Source: an uncultured archaeon
Lineage (GTDB): Archaea; Thermoproteota; Nitrososphaeria; Nitrososphaerales; Gagatemarchaeaceae
Direction of reading: 5' to 3'
Length of the DNA stretch: 64,000 bases
NCBI GenBank assembly: GCA_963817525.1
Contig: CAWFOU010000007.1
Span: 256,001 to 320,000, forward strand
Below the pieces are notes generated by a model. The model was given only the letters and a program-made list of their open reading frames with translations, did no database searches and was not told the DNA's origin. Below are positions 51,114 through 60,062 of this stretch, in pieces (the stretch's first letter is position 1; every line of letters starts with the position of its first letter). The position numbers and the translations under genes are program-made.

Positions 51114-51228
51114 GCAGCCTAGCGCCGGGGGCCCTATGTCGACCGCGCGGCCTACGATTTAGTCGTAATCGTAATCTCTCAGGTCGAAGGTTGCCCCTTC
51201 AGACGTCTAGCAGGCAGCGCGCCTGGAC

Positions 51229-51480
51229 TCAGGCCGCGGAGCCCTTCTTGAAGTGTTTGACCTTCCCGAAATCCCCGACATCGACGCCGAACCTCTTGGC
51301 CGCGGCGAGTATCCTGCGCCGCGCAGCCTCGGGGTGGCACTCGTTGGTTATAACCTGGTCGAAGCGAGCCATCGCGTTCCTGACGTGCGCCGCGTCGTTG
51401 ATCGGCAGCTTCCTGTCCACAGGGCAGGCAAATTGCGATGAGGAAAGACTCTCCCTCCTCTCCGTGTCTAGCTTGGCCAT
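51229..51480 (-). CDS. DUF6582-like small protein
   Basis: LSSSQFA.P..RKLPINDAAHVRNAMARFDQV...ARRRILAAAKRFGV. Confidence 0.8.
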   Translation of the reverse strand: MAKLDTERRESLSSSQFACPVDRKLPINDAAHVRNAMARFDQVITNECHPEAARRRILAAAKRFGVDVGDFGKVKHFKKGSAA

Positions 51481-51517
51481 GTTGGTGGGAATTCCCGGTC
51501 CCGTTTAAATAACGAAG

Positions 51518-51530
51518 TGAATATTGTTCT
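51518..51530. promoter_or_regulatory. Motif TGAATATTGTTCT, 8 nt upstream of TTTAAA (51509-51504)
   Basis: 11/13 match; conserved spacing. Confidence 0.6.
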
Positions 51531-51661
51531 TTAGGACCGGCCCGGACACGACTGCTCGCACCTGACTCGACACGGCGAGAATTCCATAGGATATCGGTAC
51601 GGAAAATTCACTTGAAGCGTAGTAAGGATTCGAATTTAAGGCTGTAATCGATTCCGTCGAT

Positions 51662-52177
51662 ATGGCACAGCAAACTCAAAGCAGCCCCCGTGGCGACACG
51701 GGGGAGTCGAACGAGTACAGGACACAGCAGGTCGTCGAAGGCACCGTCATGAGGATAACCGGTGCAGGGAATCTGGTCGTCTACCCCTCTAGCTCATCCG
51801 GCGACATAAATGTGGGGAACCCAGTCAGGATCGTGGTCGCAGAAAATGCGATCCGCGCCGTGATCTACCTGGAAGCGCGAGAGGACCCTATCTCTATTCC
51901 AATCGCCAGCACTTGGGCGATAATCGCCTCCGGTCCTGACAGCATTGAGAGATGCCAGGTCTTCTACAACGGCGTCCAGCTGAAGACGATCGACCACATG
52001 GGCCAGCTCAGATCCGAGGTGCGGATGCCTCGCGCCGGTTCGCTCTCCTACCGCATCCCTGCGCCCATGGAGCTGAACCCCGACTACATCGTCCAAGTGA
52101 GAGACGGCGACCGGGTGCTGAGAGAAGAGGCCCTCGGGTCGATGCACAGTACGCCGGCGTCTCCGCCCAAAGCCTGA
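51662..52177 (+). CDS. Hypothetical beta-rich protein
   Basis: 171-aa ORF with TTTAAG box about 25 nt upstream. Confidence 0.6.
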   Translation: MAQQTQSSPRGDTGESNEYRTQQVVEGTVMRITGAGNLVVYPSSSSGDINVGNPVRIVVAENAIRAVIYLEAREDPISIPIASTWAIIASGPDSIERCQVFYNGVQLKTIDHMGQLRSEVRMPRAGSLSYRIPAPMELNPDYIVQVRDGDRVLREEALGSMHSTPASPPKA

Positions 52178-52270
52178 TCCATTGAACCCTCCCGGAAAGG
52201 GCCGAGAGGGTCTCCCCGATTTTCTAATCGCAAAGTCGCATCGTCGGATGTAATTCGCCCGGATGAAATA

Positions 52271-52534
52271 TCAAGAGCCGACGACCCTAAAGTTGCAGTT
52301 GAAGTTGTAACCCTTCGAGGTCGGTGACGTCGATCCGACGCCAAGGAAGGTGGAGGTCGAGCCCGCGTTGGCGTAGGCGCCGCAGTGAAAGAGCGCGAAG
52401 GTCAGCGACACGTCTGCCTTGACGGTGGTGTTGCCGATGCCGTAAAACCACGACGAGGATTGGGAATAGGGGAAGATGGGCAGGAATATCGCGACGACTA
52501 TGACGACGCAGGCGACTATTGCTAGGCTGGACAA
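52271..52534 (-). CDS. Hypothetical small secreted or membrane protein
   Basis: Hydrophobic N-terminus, two Cys in the mature part. Confidence 0.5.
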   Translation of the reverse strand: MSSLAIVACVVIVVAIFLPIFPYSQSSSWFYGIGNTTVKADVSLTFALFHCGAYANAGSTSTFLGVGSTSPTSKGYNFNCNFRVVGS

Positions 52535-52707
52535 ACCGGTTATATTCTCTGGCTTGGTTGAAATGAGTTTGCAACAATCTTACACCGCTTTTTTACAAGG
52601 ACGGTATGCCATTGCAACGAGTCGGATGCGGTCCTTGGAGACGATGCCTAGGCTTGCCCCGCCCCGCACTTATTTTTGATCAGCGAAGGCTGCAGGCGCG
52701 ACCTGCG

Positions 52708-52962
52708 TCAGCCCTTCTCGACTACTACCTTGTCCATTATGATCTTGGCTACCGTGTAAGACCATAGCAATCGTTTATCTTTCATCCCCTTCATGTCGAT
52801 TCTCCTCCCGAATCGGAACGTAACGTGCCTGTCTCCTTCGCGCAGATTGATTCCGTATCCGCGAATGAGGTTGGCAAAAGTCTCCCATGCTCTAACGTGA
52901 ACGGAGTACTCGTAATCGACTCGCTCATCGTTAGCCGGGGACGACTCACCAATTGATTCCAT
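52708..52962 (-). CDS. Hypothetical protein
   Basis: ATG preceded by SD-like GGAGG and a promoter with the palindromic motif. Confidence 0.5.
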   Translation of the reverse strand: MESIGESSPANDERVDYEYSVHVRAWETFANLIRGYGINLREGDRHVTFRFGRRIDMKGMKDKRLLWSYTVAKIIMDKVVVEKG

Positions 52963-53013
52963 TATTCCTCCGCTTCAATAGAGTTTTCACCAGTTTCGGA
53001 TAAATAAACTCTA

Positions 53014-53026
53014 AGAACAATGTTAT
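53014..53026. promoter_or_regulatory. Motif AGAACAATGTTAT, about 9 nt upstream of TTTATC (53004-52999)
   Basis: 12/13 match to the consensus. Confidence 0.6.
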
Positions 53027-53188
53027 AGCGCGCTGGTATGGATTCCGGATGAGGTCTCTATCGGCGGGTGTGCAGAGCAGGGCTCGCTGCCCAGACCTCA
53101 ACGCCTCATGCGCGCGATGACACCTTCAAAAGCAGAATCTTTCCGACCTGGGCCGATGGCTCTCGCCAAGCCCTCCCGATGAAGGCAC

Positions 53189-54199
53189 GTGGCATTCGAC
53201 CTCTCGATCTTCCTGTCGCTGGCCTTCCTCTTCGGGATAGCGGCCCAGTTCGGGGCTGCGGACGGGCAGGCCTTCCTGCGGGGGGTCATCGGTGTGCTCG
53301 CGGGGAGACTCGGGTTGATGTACGCGGTGGTGGCGGTCGCCGCCCTCTTCTCGCCGTTCGTCCTCAACGACGTGCTGGTCCTGATACTCACGCCGGTCCT
53401 CATCGCCTATTCCAAGGAGTCGAGCACGGACATCGCCCCGCTCCTTGTCGCGGAGATAACCTTCACCAACCTAGCCAGCGCCCTCACGCCTCTCGGCAAC
53501 CCGCAGAACATCCTACTCTGGCAGGCCTCGGGGATCTCTGCGGGCGGTTTCGTGGCGGGGACCTGGCCTCAGCTCGCCATCGCGGGAGTGATCGGGGTCG
53601 TGCTGCTATACCCGTTCAGGACTAGGGTCGCCCGGCAGGGCAGTGTCACGCTCGCCTCCGGTTCGTGGTCGGCGGCTGCCTACCTCGCCGGGACGGTCGC
53701 AATAGTGTTCGTCCTGAACTTTTTTGGGGTCTCTAGCGTCGTGGCGCTGGGGACGGCGTTCGCGTTCGGCTTTGCGTTCACGTTCAGGACCCCGCGGAGG
53801 CTCGCCAGAGAGTACGACCTGAGGAGCCTGATAACGCTCTGCGTCGTGGTCGGCGCGGTGGCGGTCGTCGCGGCACTCGTCGAGCCCCTCCTCGTCCCCT
53901 ACGTGGCCCCGGTCGCCGAGGGGACGCAGCCCTACACCGCGGGCTTCTTCGGGCTGGTCTCAGCCTCTATAAGCAACGTGCCCGCGACCCAGCTCGTCCT
54001 CAGTACGACCACCGTGACCCCCCACGCCGTCCCAATCCTGGCGGTCGACGCCGGGCTCGCGGGCAACATCGACCCGATATCGTCTTTCGCGAACCTCCTG
54101 GCGCTGACGATGGTGAAGAGGAGCGGCCTTCCCATCCGGAGGACGATAATCCTTCAACTGGCGATAGGGCTAGTGGTGTTCCTGCCTGCCTTGCTGTGA
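53189..54199 (+). CDS. ArsB/NhaD/CitMHS-type ion transporter
   Basis: SPFVLND, NLASALTPLGNPQN, ISNVPA and AGNIDPISSFANL motifs. Confidence 0.85.
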   Translation: MAFDLSIFLSLAFLFGIAAQFGAADGQAFLRGVIGVLAGRLGLMYAVVAVAALFSPFVLNDVLVLILTPVLIAYSKESSTDIAPLLVAEITFTNLASALTPLGNPQNILLWQASGISAGGFVAGTWPQLAIAGVIGVVLLYPFRTRVARQGSVTLASGSWSAAAYLAGTVAIVFVLNFFGVSSVVALGTAFAFGFAFTFRTPRRLAREYDLRSLITLCVVVGAVAVVAALVEPLLVPYVAPVAEGTQPYTAGFFGLVSASISNVPATQLVLSTTTVTPHAVPILAVDAGLAGNIDPISSFANLLALTMVKRSGLPIRRTIILQLAIGLVVFLPALL

Positions 54200-54452
54200 C
54201 CTTGGACGGGTGCCTAGAAGAGCGCCTGGCTTGGACTCGCGCCTCTTCGAGAGGACCCACGCGAAGAAAATCGCGCGAAACCACCTCGGCGCGTCCTCCT
54301 TCGGGACATTGAAACTTATCTAGAAGTTGACTACGTTGCTTGGCCTGACGCCGAACCTTATACCTACGCCGGCCCTCGACGAGGGCGAGCCGGCCGGCCC
54401 CTCCCGGTAGCAATTTACTCCTTTCGAAGAACCCGAGCGCGCGGTTCGCGGG

Positions 54453-56234
54453 TCAGGCCCGGGGAGCCGCGGCGGCTTCGGCGTCCACGCCGGTGAGCTC
54501 GTTAGGTGTGAGCTTTTCCGCCAGCCTGAGAGCCTTTGCGAACTTGGAAGGAAGGAAGAGCTTCCGGGACGACCCGTAGTGCACCACGTATCCGTTTCTC
54601 ACGGAGGACAGAAAAGCCGCAGCCGCCACCACCGCGGGCACGAACGGCAACATCGCGGTGAGCAACCCGACCGCGCCCGGGAACCCGATGGACAAGAGCG
54701 CGGAAGAGAGGACGGGAGTGAGAGGCTTTAGCAACCCAACGCCCAGGGCCCCCTGCGCGACGAGGAGGCCCGTCGCAAGCGCCCCGAGGGCGAGCGTTCC
54801 CCAGGGGGCCTCTGCGTGCCTTTCGATGCTCGAGATGTCGTCGTACTTAATCGTCGTCACCTTGGTCCCGCTCTTGGCCGACCTGACGATAAGGCGCTTT
54901 GAGGTCGCCGCCACCTTCCTGCCCTTGTGCACCCAGGCCTCTATTATCCGCTCGTCTCCAGGCATGCCGTTGAGGGAGGAGAGGTCGTCGACCGACGCTC
55001 GGACCTCCTGCTCGAGACGCGTCGAGAGGGTGTCGACCAATCGTGGGAGGGAGTAGGGCGAGGCTGTCCGCGTCGCGACCTGCCCCAGCTTCCGTCTCAG
55101 CTTGGGACTGTCGGCCAGCCTCTTGATGGCGGCCGCCGCCCCGCTGGCGTCCTCGGGGCCGTTAAGGACTATCCCGTTGGCGCCGTTGCCGACGATCCAG
55201 GACTGACCCCCGACCCCGGACGTGATCACGGGGACTCCCGCCGACATGAACTCGAGTTGGGCGATGCCGAGGGCCTCAGACCTGCTCATCGTTATGTTTG
55301 CCAGGGAGGTCCTGATGAGGGCGGCCTTCTCCTCTTCCGTTATCGAGCCGAGCACCGAGACGTTCGGGAGCTTGCTCGCAGCGTCCTTGAGGGCGTCGGC
55401 GTACTCGCCGTCCGCCCTGCCTGCTATGACGATGCGAATGTCCTTCCTGTCCTCCAGTAGCTTGGCGACTTCGAGGAGCTCGAGCGGGTTCTTCCTCTCC
55501 TCGACCGTTCCCAAGAAGGAGATAAGCTTCGCATGTGGCGGAAGCCAGTGCTTTACCCGGAATTCCTCCTCTCCGCCCAGAGAAGCTATGTCTTCGTCGT
55601 CTATGCCGCCCGGAAAGAGGAAGATCTTCTCGTCCTTAGCGCCCAACCCCTTCATGAAGTTCGCCTCTTGGGGGGTCGTCACCAGGATGAGGTTCGCTGC
55701 CGCTATGACCTGCGGCAGGATGACATTGTTCCAGGCTTCTCTGTACGACCTCTCCACGATGGCGTACCTCTCGTCGTTGGGTTCTTGGAAGTGGCTCATG
55801 TGGCAGAAGATCAGAGGGGAGCGTGGGGCGCCGCCCTGTGCCATCTTCCTTCTCCAGGCCACGAACTTCACGACCTCCTCGGGGCCGTTCCAGAGGGTCG
55901 AATGGGTGATGAGGACGTTGAGCTTCAAGTCGTCGACGATGGTAGTCAGGACGCCGACGAAGTCGGTGAAGGATATCCGCCTGGGAGGCCAGGTCGTGTT
56001 GTCGCTGTTCACCCTGATAACGGGGATCCCCATGTCCCTGTCGAACATGTGGGCATAGCCTCCCCTCTTCTTCACCTCGTCCGGGCTGACAACCTGCTCC
56101 GAGTCCCGGAATACGCTCGTTATCAGGAACGCGTCGTGCCCCTGTCTGCAGAACTCCCTGACCATCCTCTGGGCCACAAGCTCCTGCCCTTTGGTGAGGC
56201 TGGTCTGATACATTACGACGCCAATTCTAAGCAA
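54453..56234 (-). CDS. GT4 glycosyltransferase with C-terminal PH-like/TM domain
   Basis: GTVEERKN and SRSEALGIAQLEFMSAGVPV (E-x7-E) motifs; C-terminal beta domain with two TM helices. Confidence 0.88.
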   Translation of the reverse strand: MLRIGVVMYQTSLTKGQELVAQRMVREFCRQGHDAFLITSVFRDSEQVVSPDEVKKRGGYAHMFDRDMGIPVIRVNSDNTTWPPRRISFTDFVGVLTTIVDDLKLNVLITHSTLWNGPEEVVKFVAWRRKMAQGGAPRSPLIFCHMSHFQEPNDERYAIVERSYREAWNNVILPQVIAAANLILVTTPQEANFMKGLGAKDEKIFLFPGGIDDEDIASLGGEEEFRVKHWLPPHAKLISFLGTVEERKNPLELLEVAKLLEDRKDIRIVIAGRADGEYADALKDAASKLPNVSVLGSITEEEKAALIRTSLANITMSRSEALGIAQLEFMSAGVPVITSGVGGQSWIVGNGANGIVLNGPEDASGAAAAIKRLADSPKLRRKLGQVATRTASPYSLPRLVDTLSTRLEQEVRASVDDLSSLNGMPGDERIIEAWVHKGRKVAATSKRLIVRSAKSGTKVTTIKYDDISSIERHAEAPWGTLALGALATGLLVAQGALGVGLLKPLTPVLSSALLSIGFPGAVGLLTAMLPFVPAVVAAAAFLSSVRNGYVVHYGSSRKLFLPSKFAKALRLAEKLTPNELTGVDAEAAAAPRA

Positions 56235-56388
56235 ATTTCAAATTACCCCGGATTTTCGTTGAGGATCCTCCAATTCGCTTCGCGTCATGGCAGGACGAAG
56301 AATATGGGCCGTCTTTCTATAAAAACCCCAGTGCAAGAATTCTACAGAAGAATTCTCTATCTTGAAATTCTGAGCACGCGAGCTTCGC

Positions 56389-57132
56389 TCATCTGCGGAC
56401 CAGCCTGCGAAGATCCAACGAAAGGCTGTCGTCACTGAGCGAGCGCAAGAAAGGGCCTAGTTCCTCGGGTTTCAGAGAATATCGGCAAGCGACGCCCTCG
56501 AGGCTCTGGCCGTGGTCGACGCAGATCGCCAGGTCGGCCTCTTCGAAGGCCGAGTTGTCCGATGTCGAATCCCCGAGGAACAAGACGCTGCCCGCCACCC
56601 CCAGGAGCCCCCTCAGCTCCCGGACGGCTCTTCCCTTGTCAGGCCTGCCCCCGAAGACGTCGAGATAGGGTCGAGCCTGGTCGCGGACCACCGTCAGCCC
56701 CATGTCCGTCAGGTCGGCAGTGGCGGTCGCGATGAACTTGGCGGGGGGCGGCGACGTAGCCCTCCAATCCACAGAGAAAGCGAGGAGCTCTCTGCCGGTG
56801 CTCCGCTTGAGCTCCAGAGTCAGGCCAAAGTCGTTGTGGCGCTTCACGTAATTCAACCCCTCACGGAGCCTGCTTGCCATCCGAGAGGTAGCGAACGCTC
56901 TGCCGTCGGAGAGGACGATCTCGAGACCCGAGACGCAGGCCCACGCCCGTGCGAAAGGGGCCCTCGAACGGACGAAGCCGTAGTCCTTAGACGTCACTAT
57001 CGCGACCGGAACCGAGTCGCTCAAATCGCGCAAGGGTCCTTCTATCTCTTCCGGCACGCGTGAAGCTTCGAGGCTGACGTCGTCAGGCGCCAGGGTGCCG
57101 TCGTAGTCAGTGAAGACCGCGCTGATCTTCAA
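56389..57132 (-). CDS. HAD-IIB phosphatase (trehalose-phosphatase-like)
   Basis: TDYDGTLAP, IVTSK, DKGRAV and LGDSTSDNSAF motifs. Confidence 0.82.
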   Translation of the reverse strand: MKISAVFTDYDGTLAPDDVSLEASRVPEEIEGPLRDLSDSVPVAIVTSKDYGFVRSRAPFARAWACVSGLEIVLSDGRAFATSRMASRLREGLNYVKRHNDFGLTLELKRSTGRELLAFSVDWRATSPPPAKFIATATADLTDMGLTVVRDQARPYLDVFGGRPDKGRAVRELRGLLGVAGSVLFLGDSTSDNSAFEEADLAICVDHGQSLEGVACRYSLKPEELGPFLRSLSDDSLSLDLRRLVRR

Positions 57133-57137
57133 GGCGC

Positions 57138-58061
57138 TCAGGAGGTCTTCACGGTCGGATTGGCCTGCTCGGCCGCCTTCGATTCCTCTTCCTCTTCCAA
57201 CTCCCTGTGCAGCCTTATGAGGCGGGTCAGAATCTCAGACTTTAGGAGCGCGTGGTCCTTCTCCTTCGCGTTCAGCACCGCCTTGACAATGTAGTACTCC
57301 TTGTCGCTCTGTTCGTTTACAACGAGGCTGACGATCGGGAATTCTCGAATGTCCTCCTTGATCCTGAAGAGGACCATCTCCGGGTCAAATCGGTTGGAAA
57401 ACTCGTACCGCACGTTGAAGAAGTAGTCATCCTGCGTGTAGGACAGAACCGCGGCGTCCGTTGCTAGGATCGAGTTGGGGATCTTCATCATCTGACCCTC
57501 CTCGGTGAGGATCTTCGTGAAGAACAGCCCAACCTCCTTCACCTCCCCCATGTACCCGGCATAGACCGAGTCGGGTGAGAAGTACTTGTAGCCGGGGAGG
57601 AAAGCCCACTGGAAAGGTATGTGCCAGCTGAGGATCCGCACTTGGCTCCCCGGCCTCACGGCCCCCGAAGTGAGGATGAGTATCCCCGCGAAGAAGCTCC
57701 CCAGCGTCGGCTGCAGGGCGAGTCCGAGGACGATCCCGCTGATGGCCGCGCCCGCGAGCAGCGCTGTCGGGGAGAATGAGAGGTAGGACGCCGAGGCGAC
57801 CACGGCAATGATGTATCCGAAGACGGCGACGGCGTTGCTGAAGACGAGGGCGTTCTTGCCGAGCTCTGACCTGAACTCGGCGGCGATGGTCCGAGACGCG
57901 TCCCTCGCCAGGAGGACGCCCCCCGCAAGAATCAGTCCGGCGTATGCAAATCTGAAATTCTCCGTGTACCCGGCGATCGCCCTGCTGAGGTAGAAGACGA
58001 CCACCAAGGCCACTGCTAGGATGGCTATGTCGGTAAGGAGCCTCTTGAAAGTGGGTCTCAA
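57138..58061 (-). CDS. mscS: MscS family mechanosensitive channel
   Basis: GIVLGLALQPTLGSFFAGILIL...PG..V...GEVKEVGLFFT...IPNS. Confidence 0.88.
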   Translation of the reverse strand: MRPTFKRLLTDIAILAVALVVVFYLSRAIAGYTENFRFAYAGLILAGGVLLARDASRTIAAEFRSELGKNALVFSNAVAVFGYIIAVVASASYLSFSPTALLAGAAISGIVLGLALQPTLGSFFAGILILTSGAVRPGSQVRILSWHIPFQWAFLPGYKYFSPDSVYAGYMGEVKEVGLFFTKILTEEGQMMKIPNSILATDAAVLSYTQDDYFFNVRYEFSNRFDPEMVLFRIKEDIREFPIVSLVVNEQSDKEYYIVKAVLNAKEKDHALLKSEILTRLIRLHRELEEEEESKAAEQANPTVKTS

Positions 58062-58205
58062 CTAGCTCCTCAACCTACCGAGAATCGCGCTGCCTTTTAT
58101 CATTGTCAAACACACTTCGTGTCCTTGGGAGGCCTTTGGATGCGCTCCGGACTCCGAGTCAGAGAGTCTGCGGCTGCGCCGAGATCTCGCTCGGCGCCCG
58201 CGACT

Positions 58206-59825
58206 CTATGACTGGGTGTAGATGGCTATGTAGGTGGCGTTCCCGTCCAGCGTGAAGCTCCTGGTCGGATCGGTGCTGTTGTTGTCTGTCCATTTGGTGA
58301 AGGTGACGTTGCTGAAGCTCGATGACATCGCGACAACATACGTCTCCCCGTTGAAGAGGATGAACGGCAGGATGCTGCCGCCCGTGAAGGTCGCCGTGAA
58401 CGGGGCAGTGGCGCCAGGTGGAGTCACGGTGAGATAGATGCCAGGGGTGTGCTGTGGATATCCGCCGATCACGGAGGCTGTGCCAATCTGCGACCCGTTG
58501 GGGAACTGCGCGATGATGTTCAGAGACGCGGCTTGCGCGGCCGGAACGGCCTCGTACTCCGCGTTCATAGTGTAGTTGCCCTGGCCTGCCGTCGTGTTGA
58601 GCGTCACATATGCGTATCTCTCCAGGTTGCCGTTGGAGAAGTGCCTGAAGTAGTAGTCCCCATACCAGTAGACGACCACCAGGTAATCGACGCCCGTCTG
58701 GAGACCCGTGAAGGTGTACGGGGTGAAGCCCGCCGCGACGTCGTTGTCGTTGAGCCGGAGGTTAACGTACATCCCGGTTATCGTAGCACCCGTGTGAAGA
58801 TCGCTGCTCGTGACGGTGATGGTGTTTGCAGCGCTTCCAGTCGCAGTGCATGTAGTCTCACAGAACTCTGCGGTGAGCGACGTCTGAGAGGTGCCGGCCG
58901 TCACGATTATGGTGTTGGTGGTGATCCCGTTCGTCCACTCTGAGAAGTAGGCGTTCGTGTAGTCGCTGATGATCACGCTGTAGCTAACACCGCTCGTAGT
59001 CGGGAAGTTATACGGCGTGAAGCCGGACCCGACCACCGTGCCGGCCTGCTCGATGACGGTGTACATGCCTGTCAGAGCGGCCCCGCCCACGTACTCCGAG
59101 CTGACCTCGATGGATGAGCCGGTCGGGGCTGTGCTGCAGCCTCCGGAGGTGGCGCAGTATTGTGCGGTCACGCTAGTCTGCGCAGAGTCCGCGGTCACGC
59201 TGATGGTGCGCGTGGTCGCGCCGCTGGTCCACTGATAGAAGTAGGCGCCCGTGTAGTCATCGACCGTGACCGTGTAGACCTGGCCGCTGGTCGTGGGGAA
59301 GCTCTCCGGCGTGAAGCCTGACGCGACCGTCACCCCGCCCGAGGCTAGGACTACGTACATGCCCGTGAGGGCGGCGCCGGTCGAGTACTCTGAGCTCACT
59401 GAGATGGACGACCCTCCGCACCCGGCTAGCGGGCAGTAGACTGCCGTCAACGCGACGGCGGGGCCTGTCGACGTCAGGGTGACCGCGTGTACCCGGGTCG
59501 TCGTCCCGTCAGAGTAGTGGCTGAAGAATTCGCCGCTGTAATCTCCCACTGAGACGTCGTAGGTTCCAGCTGGCAGGGTGAAGGATGCCGGGGTGAAGCC
59601 CGTCCCGGCGACGCCCCCGGAGGAGTTGGTGACCTCGACCCAGTATCCGGTGAGGGTCGTCCCCGTGTTTGTCTGTGAAGACACTGTCAGGTTGGGGGTG
59701 GCCGCAGAGAGCCTCGGAGCGCCGAGGAAGGCGAACGAGGTCGTAAGCATCAGAGCCAGTACGCCCAACACTAGAGGTGCGGGTACATGGTGACTAGTTC
59801 CCTTGCGGCCGGATAACTTTGACAT
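58206..59825 (-). CDS. Secreted Thr/Ser-rich surface protein with five ~95-aa GFTP repeats
   Basis: Signal peptide; repeats V-S-S...G..LTGMY...GFTP..F...Y.V...Y...F..W; Cys-pair linkers. Confidence 0.8.
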   Translation of the reverse strand: MSKLSGRKGTSHHVPAPLVLGVLALMLTTSFAFLGAPRLSAATPNLTVSSQTNTGTTLTGYWVEVTNSSGGVAGTGFTPASFTLPAGTYDVSVGDYSGEFFSHYSDGTTTRVHAVTLTSTGPAVALTAVYCPLAGCGGSSISVSSEYSTGAALTGMYVVLASGGVTVASGFTPESFPTTSGQVYTVTVDDYTGAYFYQWTSGATTRTISVTADSAQTSVTAQYCATSGGCSTAPTGSSIEVSSEYVGGAALTGMYTVIEQAGTVVGSGFTPYNFPTTSGVSYSVIISDYTNAYFSEWTNGITTNTIIVTAGTSQTSLTAEFCETTCTATGSAANTITVTSSDLHTGATITGMYVNLRLNDNDVAAGFTPYTFTGLQTGVDYLVVVYWYGDYYFRHFSNGNLERYAYVTLNTTAGQGNYTMNAEYEAVPAAQAASLNIIAQFPNGSQIGTASVIGGYPQHTPGIYLTVTPPGATAPFTATFTGGSILPFILFNGETYVVAMSSSFSNVTFTKWTDNNSTDPTRSFTLDGNATYIAIYTQS

Positions 59826-60062
59826 CGGCCAAGGACTCCCTCCGACTCTTGAATAGGGAGACCGAATAGAATAGCAGAGACATCGTATAGAGGAATCCTA
59901 GTAAAATTCTCATTTTTTTGCACCGACACGCGGACAAGCGGCCCATGTCTAGCCTTGCAGCGTCAGAGCCCTTCTCTCAAGTTGTAATAGGCGTTACGCG
60001 ATATATTTTTCTGCCCACAGCCAACGATTAAATATTACATTAGTGAAACCCGATCGAGAGAC

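Noticed and set aside
53050-53180. Fluoride-riboswitch-like words (GATGACACCT; GCCGATGGCTCTCGCC) upstream of an anion transporter
   Set aside because: The elements are in the wrong order and P1/pseudoknot pairing cannot be built; only a generic TGAGGTCT/AGACCTCA hairpin is supported
54340-54452. TATA-like CTTATA followed by GC-rich hairpins as an ncRNA gene
   Set aside because: Hairpins are expected at this GC content between convergent genes, and no C/D, H/ACA or other family motif was recognised
30060-58061. Accessory block as an integrated mobile element or provirus
   Set aside because: No integrase, transposase, replication or capsid genes, and no att repeats of the tRNA-Ser 3' end were seen
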